Shown in pieces: positions 11,901-22,411 of a stretch of 64,000 nt of DNA (within the stretch, counting starts at the first letter, position 1; every line of letters begins with the position of its first letter). Made by a program: the position numbers and the translations under genes. Source of the stretch: Marsupella aquatica (lineage: Eukaryota; Plantae; Marchantiophyta); the NCBI GenBank assembly GCA_973895155.1, contig OZ316894.1:26962340-27026339 (forward strand), in the 5' to 3' direction. The notes under the pieces were generated by a model. It made no database searches. It was not told the origin of the DNA and was given only the letters and a program-made list of their open reading frames with translations.

Positions 11901-13596
11901 AGCAGATTCTGCATGCCTGGTTGCTGCATCGGCAAGTCCTCCGTCCTTGGCCTAAACACCTGCTCGATCGTAGGGCTAACAGGTGGCTGAGGCTTCTCTG
12001 CTACCGGCCTCGGTGCTGGAGCTTCCTCGGGTGCCCTTACCTGCAGGGGAAGTACTGGGGCAAAGGTCTGACCTCTGGCATACCGGCACAACAGCGGCAT
12101 GTGATAGCCAAGCCGCGACACACTCCCCATGCCGATTACCTGCTGCTCCTCCTTTAAGATCTTCTTCAATTGGTTGAGGAGGTACCCGTTGTAGTCCCGG
12201 CTTGGGTCTGGCCTCTCTGCCAGATAGACCTGTGCCTTGCCGATCTCTGGCCTCGGCAAGTTACAGTGCATGGTCACCTGCAAGAAGTCGATCATCTCTC
12301 CTATGTGTGGGTTGGTGCAGGTGTTCCGGAAGAAGCCATTCTTTGTTGATGGCCCGGGGAACGACCGGAACTCCTTGTCAGCTAGGCAAGGTCTTCCTGG
12401 TATCTACTTTGGTCTTATTGCCTATCGGCAAGCCAAACACTTCAGCAATCACCTTGGGAGTAAGATAGAAATCCTTCCCATATATCCTCGTGCAGTTGGT
12501 CTCGGGTTCCCATGACCCCATGAATTCTAATAGGTCTGAATCCGGTACCTCCGGCTTCAGCCATGGTAATCTTACAAAGGCCTCTAAGCCGGATCCGGCC
12601 ATGAAGCCTTGGTACTTCTTGGTCTGCATGGCCGTAAAGCATGCATCCTCCTCCCGTGCAAAATGTAGTTGCACCTCCACCGGTAGGGTTGCCGCCCAGC
12701 GCTTCCAGGTGTCATCCCTGGTTGGAATGGCGTTAATGGGATCGACCTCCTCCACTTCGGCTTCTCCTTCTCTCCTGCTCTGCTGCTCGGCTGGCTTCTT
12801 TGGTGCCGCCGACCTCGTTCTTTTTGCCGGGGTGGCTTCCTCGTTGACGGCTCCCTTCCTCTTCATCTCTGCTGCCGTGGAGGTTTCTCCTAGCACCGTT
12901 GCCTGGGTCCACCTTTCCGTGCTACCCTTCAATTCCCAGTGTATGTCGTTGCAGTTCTTGATGGCCTCTCGGATGCCGACGACGCTGTCTTTGCAAAACA
13001 GAAGATCGTCGAGTTAATTGGAAGTAGGAGTCCACAAGAACTCATCCTTGATGAGTTCGCCTCCTAAGAAAGCCGTCTTCTGCAGCTCCCACAATCGAGC
13101 GAGCTCCTGCCGTTCTCGAGCTGCCCTTTCTGATTCCTCGTCCTCGTAAGTCTTGATGTACTCAGTTGCCCGTTCGAACAGGCATCCCCAAAAATGTGCC
13201 GCTTGATTGACGTTGCTCATACCCTCCCTAGGTCGATCGTCGGTATCTATTCTCTCCCCGAGTGCTTGCCTAAGCAGCTGACAGTAGTTGGCCTCCCGTA
13301 GTCGTCTGCCAAGTTCGTGCTCACAAATGAGCCACCATCTCCTGCAAGCGCTCCTTACCCCTCTTCTCTTCCGGTCCTTCCTCCCGTTGATCCTTCCTAG
13401 CCGCCGACGCTTAGCGCGCCCTAACCCTAATCGAGTTTTTACCCACAGCGTCCTTACCTCCGGCCTCGGCCCGGGTTCCATGGTTGCCCCTAATTGTTTA
13501 TATTTTCCTTGTTTTGTCCCTATACTAAGGTGTTTCTAAGGTGCATTCCTGCTTTACCCACTTAACTGGCCGAGTGATTCCTGGCTAGGCATCACA
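8931..13596 (-). mobile_element. Solo LTR (4666 bp) of the giant-LTR Gypsy family
   Basis: Reverse-complement match over its length to the LTRs at 31687-35997 and 41973-46632. It starts TGTGATGCCTAG on the minus strand at 13596. 5-bp TSD CACAC at 8926-8930 and 13597-13601. No gag/pol adjacent. Confidence 0.93.
9833..13481 (-). pseudogene. LTR-encoded ~1210-aa ORF (solo-LTR copy), disrupted
   Basis: ORF pieces 13014-13481, 12378-12932, 10739-12295 and 9833-10633 join once TAA (13014), a 4-bp insertion (~12381) and TAG (10739) are corrected using the other LTR copies. Confidence 0.85.
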
Positions 13597-14169
13597 CACA
13601 CAAATGCTTGTAATGCTTGTAGAGCGTTTGAAGCTCATGAGCTGCAATTCGTGTCTCAGGGGCTGCGCACGCTTGATGGGAGGACTACACCAAAAGTTGG
13701 CCGAGGCAAAGCTGATTGTGGTGCACAAGAAGCACTCCAGTTCCAAATTCCAATAGGTGGCGACCCTCACTCCAACTAATTTAAGTTGCTTTAACTTGGG
13801 ACTTAGTGATGTGTCTGAGCACTTTCAGTGATAATTGTCTGAGCACTTTCAGTGATAATTAGGTAGGCCACAACATAGTTAAAAGCTCAAAGTTATTGAG
13901 TTGGCAACTGTCCCCACCAAAACCATTGTACGCTCTGTATTATCAATTCATTGTGCAATTAAATCTTCTTCTCTGTTGCCAAAGGCAACGAGAATATGAA
14001 GTTGGGATAGACACAAACTGTCTCTATTCTTTTTGCAAGCACAATACTTTCGTTCGTCCCACGTTCAATGAATTTCTTCGATATGGTTTGTCTAGCTAAA
14101 GTGGGAACCCACGTCCACGCTTGCTTCACTTGGCAGCAGCCTGGGAACAAGTAATTCAAATTGCCGACA

Positions 14170-14710
14170 GACCCTTCCCTTCTGCACTATGGTTGGGGTG
14201 GTATTTTAGTCGGAAAAGATTGGCTTTCTAGAATTCCTGCCGCCCACCTTCAATCTGGTTCCTTAATGTGCTCTTCACCTTCAAATTCCCTTCTGTGCCA
14301 TGGTTGGGCTGGTATTATGGTTGGGAAGTATTCATTTGGTCTTCTAGAATTCCTATTGCCTATCTGCAATCTGGTTCTTTAATGTGCTCGTCGCTCATAG
14401 GCTCCCATAACATAATTTTCCGGTTAAACATTTTTGCAGCAATAGCATTCATGTTGAAACCTTTAATCTCCGTTAGTATCAAAAGTGTCACCATTCAATT
14501 TTGGACATGGGAAATGGCTGATTAGCTCCCATAACATTTCTGGTTAAACCGTCGTGACTCCCATAACATTTCCGGTTAAACATTTTTGCAGCAATAGCAT
14601 TCATGTCGAAACCTTTAAACTACGTTAGTATCAAAAGTGTTACCATTCAATTTTGGATGTGGGAAATGGCTGATTAGAACTAATTCAATGTGTACGGTCG
14701 TGATATATAG
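14170..14710 (+). repeat. Dispersed repeat family also at ~930-1340 and ~1920-2132
   Basis: Shared blocks CTCCCATAACATT..., ATTCATGTTGAAACCTTTAA...AGTGTCACCATTCAATT and TCTAGAATTCCT...TTCAATCTGGTTC recur several times in each region. Confidence 0.75.
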
Positions 14711-14988
14711 TGCGAGGTATTTACAAATGCTGAACAATTACACCTCCGAGGGAGTGCTCAAAATTGACTTGATGTCATCACTTTCTACGATGACAGACCT
14801 TTATGGATACTTTTGTTAATTTTTGCAATTTCCAAATGGACAGGAAAAATGAACACAAGAATATATCAACTATACAGTATAACAAGTAATTGTGGAATTT
14901 TGTCAAGCAATCTGTCCATAGCTTCCGATGGCAATTTGAGTTCAACGAGCATCACAAGTGCACTATCCGGATGGCTTGTATATAATTA

Positions 14989-15478
14989 TGTGCTGGGGTA
15001 ATGCAAATGTCAATGTGCTCCAAAGGGTATGTTTGTATCAAATTACAATATTTTGAAGGTTGAGGGGTATGAGGGATGGGGTATTCCAAAATGCACAGCC
15101 ACCATGTGCTGGGGTAATGCAAATGCCCATGTGCTCAGATGGGTATGTATGTTTGAAATTACAGTATTTTGAAGGTTGGGGGGTACGAGGGATGGGGTAT
15201 TCCAAAATGCACAGCCAACATGTGTTGGGGTAATGCAAAATAATGTCAAATGTGCACCAAAGGGTATGTATGTTTCAAATTACAGTATTTTGAAAGTTGG
15301 GTGGTATGAGGGATGGGGTATTCCAAAATGCACAGCCAACATGTGTTGGGGTAATGCAAAATAATGTCAATGTGCACCAAAGGGTATGTATGTATCAAAT
15401 TACAGTATTTTGAAGGTTGGGGGTACGAGGGATGGGGTATTCTATAACGCACAGCCACAGTGTGCTCGGGTAATGCAG
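14989..15478. repeat. Tandem repeat of ~115-121 bp, ~4 units
   Basis: TGTG(C/T)TGGGGTAATGCAAA...AAGGGTATGT...TATTTTGAAGGTTG...GAGGGATGGGGTATTCCAAAATGCACAGCC repeated head to tail. Confidence 0.9.
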
Positions 15479-16009
15479 AAGGACTATACAACGCCCTTTA
15501 CCCGAGCACCAACTGTGCACAACTTTGGTGCTTATGGGGTGCTGACAATATAGGAGCATTTTAGTTTGCATCTTCCGGATTCCAGAAAGGTTGGCCGTGA
15601 CTTGGACAAGACGCTTCATAACAAAGGGAACGTTCTTCACAACAAGGAGTTTAAGTTTAAGTACATGGATTGACAGCATCCAATAGAGCAACAAGTAGCT
15701 TTGCAGAAATGGAATCTATCATGTTTTGAGAGGCTCCTTGCGTGTCAATACCCTCCTTCTGTCGAGTAAGCCTCATGAGTTGCTCACCAACAATGATAGG
15801 ATTAGGGTTTACTTAATTGGACTACCTTTCATACGACAGAAGTGAATTTCAAGCACATCAGATCCAAAACATGGAGGACAAGGCAGAGTCACCTTACGAC
15901 GAGGTCCAGCCCTACAAGGAGGTGGAAAAGGAAGGTTTGGATTACAATACTTAATAGTTGGTCGTCATTGCATATAGTTGAATTTTGCATTGCGGTTTAG
16001 TGATGATAT

Positions 16010-18406
16010 GTGGAATATTTTGACAATCCGTGGGTTGGAATTGAAACAGGCGGCACTGGAACGTTGTGGCATTCCTGCACACCGGAACGAATTCGCAGTT
16101 TGGTGGGAGGTGATCCAACTCGATCGTCAATGATTTTCAACCTTGGTCTGCAACAAACTTTTGGGATTGATTACAACATAACAGCCGTATGTGGGGTGAA
16201 GGAGTTTGTGTTGGGATTTGATTATGCATCAAAATCTAGTGAATTCTGAGGATGTTCATTGAAAATCACACAAGATGTGTTACGTGCGGCATTCAAGCTG
16301 CCATCTGGTACATTCGCCAAGTATAGGCAGAGAATGCACTGTCCTGAATTCAATGATTTGTTTGTTTGTCCACGAATAAGAGGGAATCCCTATAGTTTAA
16401 AGCTTTTGAGAGCTCCGTATGATAGATGGTCTGGGGCAATTAGAGTGGTGTAGGAAATTCTGTTGGGTAAGGAGAAGCCTTCACAGTTATCAGCGAAACA
16501 ATTGAGTTATTTCTACTGGTATTTGTGTGGTACTTTGCCAAAGGGAAAAAGACTAGCAGGCCCTGTGCCAAAATTGCTACCAGATTGGAGTGATTTAGTT
16601 TACGATGAATTGGCTTTGGAAATAAATAAATTCAAGAAACACCTTCAGGGTATGAGGAATGTTCATGAGTCAAAGGCGTTCCCCGCTTATTGTGGGACTG
16701 CTATTACACAGTTGCTGCTACATTGGGGATTTTCATGGGAAAGCCTTATATCGGGGCCAAATGTAAGCAACGAGGGTACTACAAGAAGGGAAACCCAACC
16801 TCAACCTATTCAATGTAAACTTCAGTCATCGGAATCAAAGTTAGAAGGCAGGATTGATGACCTTGAAGGGGAGTTGACGGCACAGACAATGCGAAATGAC
16901 GAATACAAAGATGCTGGAGAAGGTTGGAATGAGAACCAATCGTGCATGGCAAATTTGAGTGTTGAACAAGAAATGTGCAATGCAGGACGAGATGCGATCA
17001 CCAGAGAATTTGAGGTGTTCAAATTGCAGTCACAATGCAGGTTGGAAGACCTTGAAGAAAAGCTTGTGCAGGTGACAATGCGCAATGACGAATACCAAGC
17101 TACTGAACAAGGTTGGAAGGAGGACCAATCACGCATGGCAGAATTGAGTGTTGAACTTCAAATGGGCACTACAGGACGAGATGCGATCACCAACAAATTT
17201 GAAGAGTTCAAATTGCAGTCACAATGCAGGTTGAAAGACCTTGAAGAAAATCTTGTGCAGGTGACAAAGCGCAATGACGAATACCAAGCTGTTGAACAAG
17301 GTTGGAAGGAGGACCAATCGCGCATGACAGAATTGAGTGCTGAACTTCAAATGGGTACTGCGGAACGAGATGCGGTCACTAGCAAATTTGAAGAGTTCAA
17401 ATTGCAGTCAGAGTCCAGGTTGAAAGACCTTGAAGAAAAGCTTATGCAAGTGACAATGCGCAATGATGAATACCAAGCTGCTGAACAAGGTTGGAAGAAG
17501 GACCAATCGCGCATGGCAGAATTGAGTGTTGAACTTCAAATGGGCACTGTAGGACGAGATGCTATTGCCAGCAAATTTGAAGAGTTCAAATTGCAGTCAC
17601 AATGCAAGTTGAAAGACCTTGAAGAAAAGCTTGTGCAGGTGACAAAGCGCAATGACGAATACCAAGCTGCTGAACAAGGTTGGAAGGAGGACCAATCACA
17701 CATGGCAAAATTGAGTGTTGAACTTCAAATGGGCACTGCAGAACGAGATGCGGTCACCAGCAAATTTGAGGAGTTCAAATTGCAGTCGCAATGGAAGTTG
17801 AAAGACCTTGAAGAAAAGCTTGTGCAGGTGACAAAGCGCAATGACAATTACCAAGCTGCTGAACAAGGTTGGAAGGAGGACCAATCGCGCATGGCAGAAT
17901 TGAGTGCTGACCTTGAAAGGTGTGTTGCAGGACGAGATGCCGCGATCAATGAACTTGAGTTGTTGAAATTGTCGTCAGAAAGCAAGTTTGAAGATGTTCA
18001 ATGGAAGCTTGTAGAGCAGGCAGTGCGCATGGAATCATGTTTAGGTGTTGAATGTGCTTTGAAGGATATCCAAATGCGCATGGAAGAATTGGAAAGTGAA
18101 CTTGCAGGGTGCTCTAAACAACGAGATGATGTGAGCACACAACTTCAGTTGTTCAGATTAGAGTCACAGAGCAAGTTGGAAGACCTTCAACGAGCACTTG
18201 TAGAACAAACAAGGCTGAAGGCGGAATACGCAATTGCTCACAAAGCTTTGAAGGAGAAAGAAATGTGCATGGGGGAACTAAGAAATGAGGTAGCAAAGTG
18301 CACTGCCAAATGCAATACTCAGCACACTAACGTGGAGTCTTTGAAATTGGACTTAGAGCGTACAATGGCAGAGCTGGGGAATTTACAAACGACAGCAAAC
18401 AGATAA
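16010..18406 (+). pseudogene. TE-associated coiled-coil protein with 63-aa tandem repeats; two in-frame stops in the N-terminal part
   Basis: ORFs 16010-16249, 16259-16453 and 16463-18406 share one frame, separated by single stops. The N-terminal part includes KEFVLGFD...ITQDVLRAAFKLP. Confidence 0.7.
16820..18240 (+). repeat. 189-bp (63-aa, 9-heptad) coding tandem repeat, ~5 similar and 2-3 diverged units
   Basis: AAATTGCAGTC at 17021, 17210, 17399, 17588 and 17777. Peptide KLQSQCRLKDLEEKLVQVTKRNDEYQAAEQGWKEDQSRMAELSVELQMGT..RDA.T.KFEEF. Confidence 0.95.
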
Positions 18407-19084
18407 CAGTAACAGGAAACAGATTCTGGTACCAGTTAAAAGGAGCTGTTACCAGTGAACAGTGTTTGGATGGTCGTGAACAGTGATCTTAAAAAAAGGT
18501 CTCAAAATCTCCATTTGAAAGTACAAGAATAGAAAACAAAACCACCAAACCCTCGTGATAAATAAAAGAACAACAAGGAAACAATTTTTTGAAACATAAA
18601 AGACGGCTGCCAATTGAGATACACAAAATCCAAGACAAATACAAGTAGAAAAGAAAGGCCGGAAAAAACATTCGCATATATTATTGCAAAATAGAAAACG
18701 CGCTCGGCTTAAGTGATACAAAATGCAGTTATCAACATCAACAATCTGGCCTAAAAATCCCATCCATGAAGTCACGGTCGACACCGTCGAAGGTTTTCGA
18801 CTAATACATGAACAGCGCTCGGCGCTAGCCAAAAACTAACTAGAAAACTAGTCGTTTCTTGGAGACAAGATGCGTCCAAACCTAGACAACATAGTCAAGA
18901 TCCATTCCCTCCCACAAAATCTGTTGTCGTTTCAATAGCGCCCGGCGCTAGCCAAAACCTAAATAGTAGACAACCGGGAAAACTCTAACGCCAGAGCTGA
19001 GGTCGACTTCAATGCCACAAAATCCGGAAAACTTTAGCAGCGCCCGGCGCTAGCTTAAAGCGATCAGCAAAAGAAAATTTCCAT

Positions 19085-19546
19085 CTAGCTTTCCGAGTTG
19101 CAATCATCATCCACTCCTGCTGCTTCTCTCCGCCGATCTTTCTTGAAGCCGAGACCACGCAAACGAACGTATTCCTCTGAAGGTCCTCGACGAACAGCCC
19201 TCGTAAAATGTTCATTAGGAATATTACTGTCCTTAAAATCAACTCGCCCGAACATTTCTTGTACTCTTTGATCGATTGGGAGTACCCCATCAACAAGAAC
19301 TCCCGGGTGAGACGAAAACCGACTAGAGAACGGAGGCGCAGGGGAATTGACAATCCAAGGGATGTTCTTCTCTCCAGGACTAATAGCCTCATCATACGGG
19401 AGAGCATGACGGTTCCGAAAAGTGGAAGTTTTAGTTTCTTCAGTCTCCATCTGCGATTCAAAAGAGCTGAAATGGCTCTCTTCCGGACGCACACGAGAAG
19501 GACGAAAAGCTGCCTCCCAATCCATTGGCTCATACTCACTCGCCAT
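19085..19546 (-). CDS. Hypothetical ORF or first exon in the unclassified outer element
   Basis: 153-aa ATG-started ORF lying among AGCGCCNGGCGCT palindromes. No domain recognised. Confidence 0.35.
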   Translation of the reverse strand: MASEYEPMDWEAAFRPSRVRPEESHFSSFESQMETEETKTSTFRNRHALPYDEAISPGEKNIPWIVNSPAPPFSSRFSSHPGVLVDGVLPIDQRVQEMFGRVDFKDSNIPNEHFTRAVRRGPSEEYVRLRGLGFKKDRRREAAGVDDDCNSES

Positions 19547-19694
19547 GTTTCAAAGATCCCGATCTAATATGTAACCTCTCCTCCCGTAAGAACATCGTCC
19601 GCGAGTGCTATAGCCGACAAAGGTCAAAGAAAGGTCCGCGAAGACTAAGACGCCAGATAAAGGTCCGCGTACACTACCGTTCCGAAATGACCAT

Positions 19695-19995
19695 CAAACT
19701 ATCATCATCCCGTTCTATTGCCTCCCGAAACTATCTTCGCCTTGGTAACAGGTATCATCCCATTCTATCGCCCTGCTCTAACGTCCCGTTCTATCATCTT
19801 CCCAAAACAAAGTCTTCCCAAACGAACTATCGTCCTGTTCTATCGTCCCGTTCTATCGTCCTCCCAAAACTATCGTTGTCCTCAACTATCGACGTCCCCA
19901 ACTCTCGTCGTCCCGAACAAACCTAAACTGAAACTATAGTCGTCCCTTCCGCCCGATCCCTAAACTATGGAATCATCGTCCCGAAACTATGGTCC
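19695..19995. repeat. Degenerate short-motif array (AACTATCGTCCC / TTCTATCGTC)
   Basis: About a dozen imperfect copies of (A/T)CTATC(G/A)TC in 300 bp. Confidence 0.7.
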
Positions 19996-21062
19996 CCAAT
20001 GGCTTTCCGACGACTGACTAAAGAACACAATCCAAATGGCAGTTGGTATCCAATGACGATGACCGTTGACAGGAAACGACAAAGACTAAACGGCCATTTA
20101 GAGATTCCATTTGGCGAGCGCCGGGCGCTTGTAAAGAACAGAAGTCAAAAGTAATCAACAAGTAGAGAGAAATCAACAATTTAAAAGGACCCTCAACAGA
20201 GGGAAATAATACAGATGTTATAAGCGCCGGGCGCTGCTAAAAGATTTAGCCTCAACTACCCACTACTTCTCACGGTTCTGAAGATTCTGAGTCGGAACCA
20301 GAATCTGTACTCTGGGATCTGTCCGTGGACATAGCCTCATCATCTACGTACTGGCTGCGGGAGAAGTCATCAACATAAGGATGTTTAATGAACTTTTGGT
20401 CAACACCCCTTCGTAACCGAAGACCTTTGTTTTCCCAGCAAAGTGTCCTTGCACTTTCTGCTTTCCTTGCGGCTTTCTCTGCATAGGAGGGAAGAACAAA
20501 CGGTTTTTCCGGTGTTTCTACGTTGTGTCTCCCGATCTTCCTCCGCAGTTTGAATCGTCTCCTTGCATTCCACTCTGACTTGATATAACAAAGTCCATTT
20601 TGTAAGGCGCCTTTCCCCAAAACAATAAAAGAAATGTTATGAATTGACGGGAATGGAGAAAGAAGCTTACGAGTTTATGAACATTACTCGGAAGAGTCAT
20701 CACTACACAACTACATTTCACTACGTCATGACTTCCTTTCGCGTCATGTGACACGACGTTACTCCCCAGTACATCTCCCTCTACGTCGTAACCCAAAATG
20801 GGTTTACCCATTTGACTTTCCTTCCCATTTTACGTCGTCTAGAGGGTCTTTAATTTAACGTATCTCCCAATAGGGCTATTTACGTCTTTTATAACAAGGC
20901 AAACATGTAGACGTCGTCCCAGACGGTGTAGCAGAATAGGGTTGGGTCGACGTATAGATGTACGTCGTTTCAGACGTGGCTATAACGGATACTATGCTAT
21001 GACGACATATAATGGATGTTGGGCGATGTTAGATGTATATGACCAATGTGGGAAACGACGTT

Positions 21063-21775
21063 AATGGAATCCAATTGGCATGCGTAAGGTTTTTTGCGGG
21101 AGTTTTTGCGGCAAGGCTACTGGGACCTCACTGCACAGATCATTCGTGATTTCAGATGTCCTACGGGTACGATAGTGCACAAAATTTGCAGAGTGAGATT
21201 GAAAGTCTTCAGCTATGGTACGTAAGATATTCAAGGATGTCCACTGTTGTTTTCTTCCGCTAGGTGAAGAAGACAAGACTGTTTGTGGCTTTTTTTGTCG
21301 TGGAGGTGTGATAGACAAGTTTTGTAACTCAAAGACGGAATACTTGCTTGCCAATACCTGGAAACAAGTCACAGAGCACTTCAGTGACTATCCTGGATTG
21401 ATCGAGCACTTTGCAGAGTCCGTGCATTTCATCTCGATTTGTTGGGTACAGTACTCCATTCTGGGCAATAAGGAGTTGGACCCAGAAGAGTTTTTGCTGC
21501 ATCCAGGGGACGATTTGATGCTGGATGATACGCCCAAGGATGATGATGGTGAGGCTTGTCCACCAAAGTTGGCTAAATGTCAGTTGTCATCGACTGAACT
21601 TGATATTGTGATGTATGACTATAAGGAAAGCTGTGCAGCTGAGATTGAGGCTGAAAGGCTGAAGGTTGGTGAAGCAGTGGTCCGCAAGAAATGGAATGCC
21701 AGCAATAGGCGTGATTCGTACAAAAAGAGGAAGGCAGATGAGGAGTACTACTGGTCTGGTGAAGGGACCCCTTAA
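21063..21775 (+). pseudogene. Unidentified cargo ORF inside CACTA-1
   Basis: 186-aa ORF 21215-21775 with protein-like composition. An upstream ATG at ~21064 is in a disrupted frame. It is convergent with the transposase. Confidence 0.4.
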
Positions 21776-22411
21776 GCTACACTAGTGCCAAGGTCAGCTG
21801 GAGACGGAGGAGCATCATTTGCCTAGGATTGGAATCAGTTTAGACTGGAGTCAGACTCATGCCTTATGTGCACGTTGTATGTTTCTGAGCGCATGAATAA
21901 AAAGTCCCTCCCAGGCAATTTATATTTGTAATGTGTTTTGTGAGTAACGTCGATTGAAACTTTGAACGTCATCAGAAGAATGGTTAAATAAACGTTTACG
22001 TCGTTTAAGACACGGTAACACAATCTACGTCATCTACTACGAGGTAAACCAAGGACGTACTATGTATACGTCGTTTGTACAACGTATCTACGACGTAACT
22101 ATAGATTAACGTCTTCATTATGGGTATAAGGGACCTTTGATTGTCTAATGACGTTGAAGTTGACGTTAATAAGTTTGAAGTGTCAATTGGCCTACGTGAT
22201 AAGGGTTTATGTGCTAGGACCCATTGAAGGTTGTTCGAAGGCCGAGGTTTAATGCTTTTTAATGTGTTCTTAGCTATAAAGTGAGGAAAGAAGAAACTTT
22301 GCACAACTCTCCCTCCAGTTTGCCAGATCTCAAACGTCGAAACATATGTCAATATATATGTGGAAGGTGGGCATAGCCAATACATATAAATGGAGGGTGT
22401 GAAGGATAGTG

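Noticed and set aside
10071-13017. Plus-strand ORFs opposite the LTR ORF, and their equivalents in the other LTRs
   Set aside because: They are antisense shadows of a codon-biased ORF with Ser/Phe/Leu-rich composition.
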